From the NCBI GenBank assembly GCA_030248215.1, contig JASANG010000627.1:1-64000 (forward strand): 64,000 nucleotides of DNA. Reading direction: 5' to 3'. Positions 38,138-50,685 of the stretch are shown piece after piece. The stretch is from Enoplolaimus lenunculus (Eukaryota). The number at the start of each line of letters is the position of its first letter. The stretch's first letter is position 1. Under the pieces are notes generated by a model, which was given only the letters and a program-made list of their open reading frames with translations, was not told the DNA's origin and did no database searches. A program made the position numbers and the translations under genes.

Positions 38138-39589
38138 GCACCCATATGTTATTTTTCACATACTAATTGGTTTCATTTTATCCTGGACTAGTCCGTATCT
38201 TTCGCATCCTACAACGTTGGCTCTTGTTTCCTTCTTTTATGCGTAGCTCGCCTGGATCGACCTGTCCTTTAATATAATCTAGTCACCCGTGGGCGCGCCG
38301 CAGCTTAGGTTGCATAATTTGTCTAAGTGAAATCGTAATCATCGGAGCTTATAAACTAATTTCAGCGTTACGATAGAATTCTGATGAAATGTGTTTAATA
38401 ATTTATGAGCGGTTGAGTTGTTTTATCCCGGAACCCAGAATTGAGTGCGCGCATTTGATTTCGCGACCTATACATATAGTGCTCGCAATTTCCGCTGCCC
38501 GCACTTGCTAAATTTTATCCGCTGTCACTTAGTAAAGTGACATGAGTTGATCCAGTCAAGTCCCGAAGCATGATTTTTCGGTTTGGCAATATCGGGTCGT
38601 ATGTGCGGTCCCGGAAATTGGCAGTTGGCTACAACGCTTAGGCTTAGGGTTGTTGACTTGATTTTGTCGCTTCAGCTAATCGGACCTGGCTTAAGTGACG
38701 CTGTCGGTTCCTGGACGTACACATGGCTTTATGTGGCGTAGGCCATAAAAGATTGCATAAATGACGGATGTTTCGTGATTAACGTTGTTAGTACTTTCGA
38801 ACTTATCTACGCCAGCCATGGGCCATCCTAGTGGACACTGACATGATAAGTTTTCAATATCATAAGTCAAAAGATGCCGAGGGTAAACGTCGCCAAAACG
38901 GTTTTGACTTATAACAATGTTTGGCTTCGAGATTAGCCAAGAACTGCATTAATAGCTATTCAAATAGATAACAGGAACATATTAGTTTACAGCCAAAGAT
39001 ACGCATACTACAGTCGACAAACGCACAAATGGTATCGAGAATCTCGCATTAATACTTCACTACAGAGGAAACAATTGAAATACAAAATACGCGAAGAAAT
39101 GTTCTAAAATCAGATATTTCTGTAGCCGCATTGAAAGATTGAGTTATAATTATATAAGAATCTATTACAGAAATCGTGTTTTGCTGAGGATTATTGATAC
39201 CGGTATAATATTGTCTTAGTTATAGGTCGGTGTCTCTTTCATATAACCAAAAATAATTGCCACGAAACTGAAACAGAACCATAAGCATAATCCTATCACA
39301 AAAACTACCGCGCCGAATACGTCCTTTGGACCACCGAATAGAATCATTTTTCAACTGTTGTCCAAATGAATTGCCGAATAATGCTGTTTAGTATCTATTT
39401 ACAGATAATATGTTAAGTAAAATACAATCTTGTCGACTTTCGTTTTCTCATAACTCTTCCAGATCATATTTGAGATTATTTGTACACAAATCAACGGTCA
39501 ATGATAGACACTTCAACAAAAGCGTGCAACTGGGTACATTTGTGTGACAAAAAAGTGTACTGAACACACATTGTGTGTTTCGCCTACCC

Positions 39590-41480
39590 TCCATAACTGT
39601 GGGAGGGCTAGCTTTGCTGGCTTAAAACAAATCAATCATAGTTGCTGGTTTTTAATGCTACGCTTATAAGGTTGAGACCCGGCACCTGAGCTTAAGACAC
39701 CTATCCTTGGCGATCCCAAACTTATGGTAGTGTTATAGTAACTTGCAAAGTCAGCTCAGCTACGCTTGCTTAGCCGTGTTCGGGATAGGAATTCCGTGCC
39801 CAGACCTAGAGTGCCCCTATAGCCCATACCCATTATCACCGGACCCGTGGATTGCTTTAGTCAAGCAACCAAATTACGTCTAACCGGCTGCTGAGCCGGC
39901 CAGCCAAACCACGGCTGGACTATTAACCGCAAAGTTCGGGGCTAGGAGACTCATATCTTCGCGCATTCCTGCCCCTGGTTAAAACTTCTGACCACCGTGG
40001 CAGGCAGTTTCCGGTACCATCCGGTGGGCAGCAAAAATTCAGAGTGAGGGGAAAAACAAAATTTTGGTAAAAGGAATTGGTCAAAAAGGAAAAAGAAAAA
40101 TGGGGACCCGCACCGTCCATTTTAGGACTGTAGAAATTTGATTTACATGGAACATTCAAAACGCCCTGGATCCAAAAATGAACCGGAAACAGAAAAAGAA
40201 AAGGAAAAAGAAAAAACACCCTTCTCTAGTCCGTACAATAACAACAAATGCTAACTCGGACTCGCTCGGTCGCGCATCGAGCTAGTCCGAGTCAGAGTCA
40301 ACAAAAACAGCCCTGTCCAGCGGGGATTGACGCGTCAAAAGCAACAGAAATGTAATAAAGAAGGGTAAAACAGCTCTCTCAGTAGTTCAACTGCAACAAA
40401 GTTTCGGAAGCTTCCCTGAAAGTTTAATAGAGTACCCCTTTTTGACTTGACCTTCGAGTTTTATTTCTAAAGAATTTTGTAAGTACCAATACATATTAAG
40501 CCCGTTAAATTTTTATCATATTTCCCGATACCGCTGACGCCTCTGGCCACCGGTACTCGAGAAACATGTAACGCAAAACAAAATTTTCCGTAGCCGACTT
40601 CTGTGCTCGAAGCCGGCCACACTACCAAATGAAAACGGTAACACAAATTAACAACAATGAAATAACGCTTAGTAGGCATTCTCAAAAGTTAGAGTGCCAT
40701 ACTGGCAATGTGAAGTCGAAAACAAACTGAATGCCTGAAGTGCTAAGACAGCAATGCTTTTATACCCAAAATATTGGCTAACAGAAATTTGCATAAGCTT
40801 CCGCCAAATTTCGGAATTTTACAAAACTTTTAAAAACCGGCTATCAATTTGCATAAGCCGTAATTTCAGATGAAGCAAAAACATGCACAGACAAAACAAC
40901 AATAACAACGAACAAGATATAAGGAGGTAGTAGTTAAGCACATAATGCGAGAGTAAGAACGCCTAAGACCCCGGGTTCGCTTGGGATATTATTAACCATG
41001 CTGACATGGATAACTGCCAGCTTGAAAACACACCCGACTATGCACCCTTAATTGTAACCGAAACTCTAAAATTTTTAAAACCGCTAAATTGGACGCCTTA
41101 GAATTGCCCCACTCTGTGGCCACCCTTTTGCGGCCACAGAGTAGACGTTCTCACCGCGCCATGAAAATCAATAAAAATACAGCGGTTTAGACCCAGAGCG
41201 GAAAATTCCGCAGTTTTCCAGGCAAACTTTAAAAAGAAGTTTTCTATTTTCAAGTGCATGAACCCAAGGCCATCCACACAACGCTTACAGAACAATTTTC
41301 TTTCAGAATTGAATACAATTGAGTGTGGAGTCCGACCCTTATAGAAGTGGGTGGGGTATGAAAAATGCAACGCTCGCAGTTACGTTTAGTACTACGCTTA
41401 AATTCGTAAGTCGCACACTCTTTTCTAAGGGATTAAGTACTGTAGGTTAAAATAAGGATAAGGATGAATTCACACGATGA
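39590..41480 (-). mobile_element. LTR-like or retroelement-derived non-coding segment, boundaries approximate
   Basis: Minus-strand GGGTATAAAAGCA (TATA 40764-40758), TCAGTT at 40730-40725, AATAAA at 40465-40460, hairpins, and short matches to the 1-8206 element. No convincing TG...CA plus TSD found. Confidence 0.4.
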
Positions 41481-43343
41481 CTAGGAAAACCGCTACTAAT
41501 ATAGCCAATTGGGCTAATGTAGAGCGAGCTGTAACAGTAAGTATTATCGCCGCACGCCGTCCGAACGCTACCGCACGCCGCGAAATAGATTTTAGCTTAC
41601 CGCAATCCTAAGCATATTCTTAAGCCTAGGTCTAAGCCTAAACAAAAAATTGGTCAACATCTTAAACTTACTCTGTTGCAGTGCCAGAAAAACGAACCGC
41701 CTCTGATGTTTACAAGGACTGCCGATAGTATTGCGATTAAGAACACCACAAATCATACTTATATGCATGCATTTGTGCTTATATATAAATGTCAAAATTC
41801 AACAGACACATCCCATGGGCAAAGCCTACACGCCAAAATTGCTTGTGAATAAAACATTTTTTGCTTGTTATGATAAATTATACTCATTTTTCACAAAACG
41901 TTCAGTGTGAAACCATTTATATTTTAAAATAGTGCAATAGCTGTGCTTTTAGAGTCTGCAAAAGTTAACTTTGCAGTGTGGATTCATCATACAACATGAT
42001 AGCAGCGCAAAAAACCAGTGTAAGATTGATGTCCTTTGTCTGTCCTAAGGCTTTTGCTTACCTGATCTTCGAAATTATTCTGCCCAATTTTTAAAAAGTT
42101 CTAAAAGCAGCCGCGTTTTATTTAAGTTTCACGGACCCATTGTTTTAATTTCTCTGCTACGTTTCTAGATTTTAGACAGCGTATGCCGCAATATGTTTCA
42201 TTTAGATAGAAGCAATCGGTATTTTTCCGCTTGATCCTAAGATTGAAGCTATTTATGCGGACACCAGCATACCCATTTCACACAGCCATGTCAAAGTTAA
42301 CCTATTGTGGCTAGTTTGAACGGCATGCGTACTTTTAAAATTTATTTTAGCTTTAGACTCTAACTGCAGCATAAACGTAAGCAGTATTCGCACGTTTGAC
42401 TTACTACGAACAATACTAATTGCAGCACAACGAACCTTAATTAGCATATGTATTATACCATAGTTTACAAATAATAGGGTTAGCGATGCAAAAAATAACC
42501 AGATAGAGAAATACTTTAAACTTTGAGCACAATGATTTTTGCCCAAAATTGGATTCGCTTCGGTTAAACGTGCATGCAAATGCTAATAAAAATATTTATT
42601 TTACAAGTTAATTGAAAACATTCAACCAAATAACAATTTACACATAAAAGTTAACCCCATTAACAGATATAATTTAATTTGAGTATTAATTGAGAACGTT
42701 TATATGATAAAAATTCTGGCAAATTTAATCATTAGGGGCGGAATGTTTTTCTGTAGGGCTATAATAGAGTAAACATAACCTTTAGATATAGATTTGGCTT
42801 AGGCTCAGGCTTAGGTTTAGGCTTAGGTACAAGCTCACATTCTTACGCTTACGCTTAGGTTTAGGCTTTAGTTTATGCCTAGAAATATTAAAATGCTTAT
42901 CCAAATAATCAAAAAGTGCTATTTCCAGCGTAGTTTGCGCTTGAAGTCTCGTAACTAACTCGATTAGGTGCTACAATCATTTAAGTATGATGACCCCAGG
43001 GTTAACTCAAAATAATTGCTAGCAAGTCATAAGAAAGCGATGGTACGCTTTGCTATTTCCATATTAGACACACAGACACAAAATTGAACTAAAATAGGCC
43101 CGTATCCGTTTTAATGTATTGCAAGTCTCCAAAAACATTTATATATGAGGATTTCGCTTAAATTCCAAGAGACGCATAAACATTTTCAATGGTGGGGTGA
43201 ATTTTTTTAAACCCGTGACTCCCTTGCCGTCTGAGCTACGGGCCCAAACTAGAAACTAAAATTCAATTAAATAAACAATCAACAAGTAGAACTTGTAGTT
43301 TATATTTACAATTAAGTTTCGCAACAATTATTGTCAAGTATGA

Positions 43344-46300
43344 TTAAGCTTTAACAGCGACAACTTCAGGTTTTTGACTATGTTCGTAAACGTCCAAAAT
43401 CCTTGCAGAAGGATTAATCACATTACCGAACCACCGAGGTAACCAATAGTGTGGTATTACCTGGCTCTGGTTCGGGTAGTATTTGTTGAACTGAAGCCGG
43501 TAATAGGCCGCTTCAATGCTTTGTGGTAACGCAGCGCTAAGTTTTCCATCGCTGTCAGGTGCATCCGTGGTCAGCGATGTGTAGACGTCTTCTAAATATT
43601 AAAAATTAATTTATGCAACTTTCATAATAATGTGCCGTTCACAATAATTTTTGACTGACTGCCGCCGATTTGTACGGGTGTTGGTTTATGTTTTTACTGG
43701 ATATGAAATTTTTTTAAAAGTTCGATACCACGACTTGTGAATTAACTCGTCATCCACAAGTTATTTTTAACTAAACCACAATAAAGATACAGGTTCTCAA
43801 TAATAATTATTATGCTTTGCGGGTCTCCACGCAAAACGATATATAAGGCTGCCCCCAAGTCGCTAGAAAATAAAAATTTAAGCTGTGAAAAAAACTTTTT
43901 TGTTGAGAACTTGTGGTCTATTGAATAAGTATATCTGCCGCTTTATGCCATTGTAAACACTAAAGCAATCCATAACGTAACTCAAAGTGACTAGCCGCGA
44001 TAAGTTATGTTAATTCGATAATATTTTTTCCGACTTGTTAAAAACATTTCTTGAAATTAAATTAACATAAATTTTCCAAAAATATAAGCTTTCACGTACA
44101 TTTTTTGAATGTTTGAAAAAGATAAAAAATATACCTGTTTGCTTGTTTTTAAGCCGACCCAAAAAAGTGTTATACAATTGTCATACCTTCTGCACTATAG
44201 TCGACAGAACTGGCCGAGAATGGTACTATAAATCGGTTTTATACCTTAAAAAATGACCTCATGGTAATTAAATAAGGAAAACATTATTTGCCCCACCAAA
44301 GAATTCTGCGATGGAGACTTGGTCATTGTTTGTCTCACAAAATCTCGCGTCGTCGCGTTTTTGCCGTTTAGAAGAAGACAATTATTCAAAAAATTGCCAA
44401 ATTTTACACAGTAAAACGTTTATCGAAAATTTCGTTGAACAACTCAATAAAACTTAATTGAAAAATTGCTAATTACTGTCTATACTGTAGTGATCCGAAT
44501 AAGAGGGGAGGGGACTGATATTTATTTGGCTTCTCCAGAGGGTACCCCTGTTATTCGGTTACGGACTGTTATTTATTTTTAACCCGCCCTCTGTCGCCCA
44601 TCGTTACTCATATATATACAATTTTGCAAGTATCCGTTGAATTAAACGTTTTTGTTTTGTACCAAAAGCTTGAGCGATAATGTAAGGTTATACTTAGGAA
44701 AGTACTTTCAAAAGTTAGGTATACTTTAAAATTCCAAGGTCAACTTTGAAGTAATTTATTCACTAGAATTAGGAATATTTGACATCTATGGACTGTAATA
44801 GGGTTTGGGAACTCTATCCGCTTACGGTCCCTTATTAGGGATACGAACTTCTATTGATTGGGACTCAAAATTGAAATCCCTCTCTTATTACCACACCCCC
44901 TTCTTATTCCGGTCACTACAGTAAATATATAAAATATTTATGCATGGCACTTTACTTTGTATCTTTTTTTCGAGAACCCATTCTTGAATGATTTCCCACC
45001 ACGATTTTTCTTGACCCGACACACCGTCCGAGAACGCTTCTTTGGTCCGATTGAGGACTTCAGACGGGAGTAAATTATCGTTCCGGAATGCTTCACGTAG
45101 CAACCATTTTTCTGGTTTCGTTTTATCACCACGGTATTGTACCGGTAAACTGAGGTAGTACGCGACAAAATCAGGGTCCAAAAACGGAGTGCGCGCTTCG
45201 AGTCCATTGTCACAGATGGTTCGATCTGAGCGCAACACGTCGAAATAGTTGATTTCACTCAACAGCCTAAATTTTGATTTAAAATCGTTATTCAGCGGCT
45301 TTGCTAGTGAAATTGTCAAAATTTTTGTCATAAATCAAAAATTCTAACGAAACTGAGTTCAGAAGGTCAATTTTTGCTGGAGAGGTGCGCTGCCGATAAA
45401 GCATCATCAGTTCAATTTAATCCCTCGACACCAATCAGGGGTCAAAAACTGAATATAATTTCAACTTAACCTAAACCCACACATATTCTGCTATAAAAGT
45501 ATCGATGATTTTTTTGCGACTACGGTTAGGTTGTGACATTTTACATCAAGCACGGGACGTCATCCAAATGCTAAACAAACACGTGGGTCTGCGGGTCTCG
45601 TGCAGTATGGTTTCGCGAATTATTGTATATTTACATTTCTAATCACCAGTACTTTACAGTGGAAACAAATTCAAGTACTTCACAACTAAAGAGTGTATGA
45701 TATTTAAGAAAAGTGTGCAAATACATGGGCTGTGCATGGTTATACTAGTAAGCATGAAAGTTAAGGATATAATCGAAGGTGACTTTAGCTAAAATTTATA
45801 TTAGGGCAACAATCTCCCCTAAATAAAGTGTGGTACGCCAAAAACGCAACATGCGCTGGGTACACTTATTTGTGCACGGAATGTACCTAGTTGCACACTC
45901 TTGTGTAAATCATTCACTTTCTGCTTCAACTGACCGTTCATTTTCTGCGTGAAACTCGAGCAGTGACGGTGCTTTACGGTGATGATACAAATATCCGCCG
46001 GCTATTTCGTCAGATCCGTCACCGTTGAATATTACGATCACTTTATCTTCGAATTTGTCCTAAAATTTAAATCTGTGTAAATTTGTGTTCACGAAAGCAC
46101 ATAATTTTTTATTGGGAATAAAAATAAATACAGACCAAACTCAAAACACTCGGAAACATGCAGACAAACACACTAGTAATAAACAAAGAACATTTTTATA
46201 CTTGAGCCAGCACATGTGAAGATAAGGAGCGGAACGTTTTTCGGTGGGGCTGCAATAGTATAAGCTTTTGGCCCTTGGCCGCAGTTGCTGATCAAGGTGA

Positions 46301-49300
46301 AATGAGAGAAAGCACCCCCAGTACAGGGTTTCCGTGCTAAAAATTTTGCAATGTAAATGGTTCTTTTGAAATCTAGTACGTGTTGTTAGCCAAATAGTTG
46401 AAAAATATCGCGGAAATCCAACACAAGTTAAAAAAAATTGGTATCTTCGATAGGAAGCTATAAATTAGTAAATATCTTAAAATTTTCTAAATCCACGTTT
46501 TCAAAAACTGCAAAATTTCAAAACACAAAACGTACTCTCCATCACAAAATCGGCCCATGTTACTTTAAGAAGCGTCCAGATTTCTGATCCGTCACAGTAC
46601 CTGATTCGCATTATACTCGGCGATTTTCTTTGCCACCAAATAATTGCCAACACTCGCGCGTACAGTGGTTGTATCCCAGCTTTCAATAATGTAAATCACG
46701 TGATCAATTGCGGCTAAAAATTCTTGTGGATCAAGCAAAAATTCATGATGAATGCTTCCAATGTGTTCAGCGACATGGCGTGCGAACGCCAAATCTGGTG
46801 AGCCTGGAAGGCCGATTGAAAACGTGTTCGGTCGTTTGCCTTGTTTTCGTAGTTGTTCGGCGACTATTGACGCGACCAAACTGCTGTCTAGACCACCAGA
46901 CAAGAGACAACCTAGAGGTACAACGTTCAAGAATAGAGTACGTCCTATACAAAGGCGTATATATACTAACTATGTATTCCGCGAACTATAACACATGCAA
47001 TGCATGTCGCAGTCTTAATCATAATGGTTGCGCTATGGTCGCCGCTCACCGCCGCGTGTGTCACCGCCCATCACCAAATAAATTTTGCCTATATTTTTGT
47101 TAGCAAGGCATAGTAGCGTGACGCGGCACGCGGCAGAGTCCGGCACAGTAACGTATATCACAACCCTAAGCACTTATGTACTGACCAGAGTCTTAAAAAG
47201 TTGTATAATTTTAAGTTTGCTGAATTCAACCTTCTGTTTCGATAAACGCTTGACATTTAAGCTACGAGATTTTGTTTTTGAACAGAAAAATCTGTTGCAG
47301 CCAAACATACATTGTCGACGGGTTTTTCGCGTCACAAGACAAATGCTTTTATTTCCAAGTCGAATTTTGAAAAAGTGGTTGCAGTGAGAATATGAATAAA
47401 ATCAAAATAGGTCAAGTGATTCGTTGAAATGTATTAAACTTCATTGAAACACTGCTAACGTCGTATGAGGAAATTGAAAATTTGTTTTGAGCTGCAATTT
47501 ACTATGTGACAATTCAAAACTAGCTTGAAAGTTTAAACTGATACAAAATTCCGTTCATTGATACCTATTGGCCGTTCGCTCATTAGTCGCTTTTCAACTG
47601 CCAATCGGAACATCCGATTCACTCCTTGCAAGCACTCATCCAATGGTATTGTAGGATTTCGCGGAAAATGTGTCGTGAAATATCGATCGTCGACAATTTG
47701 TTTAATGCTGCAGCCATCTTTTTGGTTAAATTTGTAACCAACGTAACAACCTGTACAAAATTTTAAACTTTATTCAAACGTGCAAGTTTTTGCAGCAAAC
47801 ACTTGCAGGTGCAACTTGCACGCCCAAGTTTGGTCACAAATCAACTTTGAAGTTATTGTAGCTGCAAATTATTTACTGGAGGTCATGCTATTTAGTGTAA
47901 TTCGCACCTGTGAACACAGTTGCAAGTCGCTTGAATTTCTTGTTTCTGCAGTTTGATTGGTCAATAGGAATGTTCATTTTAAAATAATTGCAGCTGCAAA
48001 CATTTCGTGCAACTCGCAGCTGCGAGTTCTTTGCTGCAAAAACTTGCACATGTGAATGGGGCTTGAAACAATCGCTTTGAAATAAGTGTTTGCTTTTTGT
48101 TTTTTCAAAAGCAAAATTAGCCGAAATGTTATATTATTTATTTTCTAGTTATTTCCAAACGCGTAGCAAATAAAAACTTCATTAAAATTAAACTTCACTA
48201 TTACGAGGACGAATTGTCGAGCCGATGAAATTTAGGATTACAAGTTGTCGGGCGACAAATTGTGGTGATACCTACGGGATTTTAGAATACGCCCAAATCC
48301 AAACTAATTCTAACGCTAAAATTAGCCTCAGTTGTAGCTTAACTCTAAGCTAATGCCCATTATACACATTAGACGCTGAGTCTTTTTTGTCCAAAAATTT
48401 TCTAATTACGTATCACTCGCAATAATTTTTCTCAGTTAATCACTAAAAACATGTGGTAAAATGAACGAGTATTCATAATTGAACTCAAATTTTGCTGCCT
48501 CACCAGGTAAAAATTGTGTCGCCTTTAATGCTTTTCCATTAGGCAAGTCAGACTCAAGTCGCATTGCTTTGAGTTCAGAAGAGTATTGAACGGCAAGGAT
48601 TCGGCCACTTTGAGGGCAATAGTCTTTTGCAACAAACAACGGCCTGACGCCGAACCGGTCCCGAGCAATCCATAGGATTTTTTCGGAATTGTCCCAAATC
48701 GCAAGCCCAAATACGCCGTCCAACAATTTGACAGTTTGTGCGAAACCGAATTTTGCCATTAGCGGTACGATAACCTGAGCATAGCAATGAGTAATTTGAA
48801 AAGTTATACCTGGATCAAGTACTTATAGAAGCAACGCGAGTTTAAAATTGAGAACAATTAATTCACATGTTAAACCAAGTTGTCTCGGGCGAAAAAGTGT
48901 TGCCATGAAAATTGGAGATATAATCTGGGAACTCTTCTTGCTCGCTTTGCTCGCAAATTTCCTCTCTGTCGCCAGCGAATTCATAGTGGCGCGGGAGGGG
49001 GCGTACTGCCTCCCGTCAGAACTTTTTTGTGATGAAATGGTAGGGTCCCTTCCTACCTTGCAATTTTTTCCCTCAGTAATTTTTTTTGCGACAAAACCTT
49101 ACAATGAAAATTTTTGGTGATAAAATGATCAGGTCCCCACCTTACAATTTTTGCATTTCATAATATTTGCCAGCCCACCCGTCAGAAATTTTTCTATCCG
49201 CTTCTGCTAACTGTATACAAAATAAATCTTCCAACTGGAGCTAAGCAGAATGAAGAAAGGCAAGCCCAATCTCGGACTCGACTCTCTACTAAAATATTGT

Positions 49301-50685
49301 GGATTTGCCATTGCTAAAGGGTCCGAAGTTTGATTTTCAGAGGAAGCCCTATCAACCCTATGCACAGCCCTGCTCGCAAGCTTTTGTCTACTTTACGAGA
49401 CTGTGATGGCATATTTCCAGAGAGTCAAAAGTCATCGGCTGCTTTCTGAAATCTTACTTAAGTATTAACTTAAGTTATACTATTATTTTCAACTTTTAGT
49501 GGTTATTTTATATTTTTTCTTATTATAATATTATTTTTTTATATTTCTTAATTTTGTTTTTTAACTTAAATACGCGTTTAATGCGACAATATGGTTAAGT
49601 AGTTGCCTAGAAAATAAGTACTAAGATGTGCTTAAGCAAGGCTTCAGTAACCCCTTCACTGATTCTTTAATAGACTGGTGATATTGTTTTTCGCAGTCAT
49701 TTAGCACTGTCCTCATTCACCCGAATTGCCCATTTACCATTCAATACCGACCACGGCGATGGATGGCGACGAATGATGACAGAACAGACGATGGCGTACG
49801 AAAAGTATACCGCCGCCGTAAACGTCAGACTGAATCAGAGTTTACTGAACCAACCCCTCGTTGTCAGACACCACCCAAAACTCTCCAGCTTACCTCACAA
49901 TCGCTTCCTGACACATTTTCGTATCCAATCTGCTTTTCCAATTCGACGTGATTGTAAATCTCACCGTTGCAAATCACAAGCAAATGTTCATATTGTGCCA
50001 ACTGAAATGGTTGCATGCCTTTGGTGTTTAGTCCGTTAATTGCCAACCGGTAAAAGCTTAGACTGACCCCATCGTGAACGTGAACGGTTTTGTTATCTTC
50101 TGGACCACGGAGCGATAAATTCCGATGCGCCGTCTGGTATAGCTGATGTAGTCTGAAAATAGAAACTCGTTGAAGGGAAGTGCCCCTGAAGCCAGCCCCA
50201 CTTTTTTACAGAATGTTCAACTGATGGGCATGGACTCAAGAAGTTTTAGACTCGTATCTATTTATAGGGTTTAATTGAGGGTATGCACGTATTAATTCAG
50301 GCTAAAGGACCTTCAAGTCTTACTGCCAGAACTCCTCTGCATTCGGGTTACTTCAGTAATGTCGTTTGCTGGCAAATTTTTTTAACAGTGTTAAAGAATT
50401 TACTACTGATCGTGTAACTTTGTGCAATGTAGGGAATGCATAAAAACCTGTAAGTACATTTTGTAATAAAACATTTCCATCCTCGCGCTATCTAAACTAT
50501 TGTAAACAAATTATGCTGGAAACTTGTCCAAAATACGTATTTGGGGAATTCCAACTTTAACTGTATATAGCGTTGGCTAGAAAAACGTTTGTTTTAGTTA
50601 CAGGCCAGTTGCAAACTTACTGTTTTCTGCGTTCCGCAGTAGCATTAAACATAACACTGCTTAGTAGTGCGTGAATACCACACAT
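43344..50685 (-). CDS. ASNS: Asparagine synthetase (glutamine-hydrolysing), 8 exons, 591 aa
   Basis: Exons 50685-50621, 50152-49894, 48774-48504, 47750-47565, 46911-46601, 46059-45935, 45266-44956, 43591-43344; GT-AG and phase-consistent. MCGI start with catalytic Cys2, RGPE, RLAI, NGEIYNH, SDCE, RDRFGVRPL, LSGGLDSS, TTVRAS, GDGSDE, LEARTPFLD, KEAFSDG, HYWLPRW..NPSAR. Confidence 0.95.
44483..44923. mobile_element. Tc1/pogo-like MITE in the last ASNS intron
   Basis: TACTGTAGTGATCCGAATAAGA...TCTTATTCCGGTCACTACAGTA, TA-flanked TIRs. Confidence 0.85.

Noticed and set aside
39574..41507. ATTG|TG...CA|ATTG as solo-LTR ends with a 4-bp TSD
   Set aside because: Similarity of the left flank to the repeat at ~45830-45900 runs past 39574 to about 39588, and there is no terminal inverted repeat beyond TG/CA.
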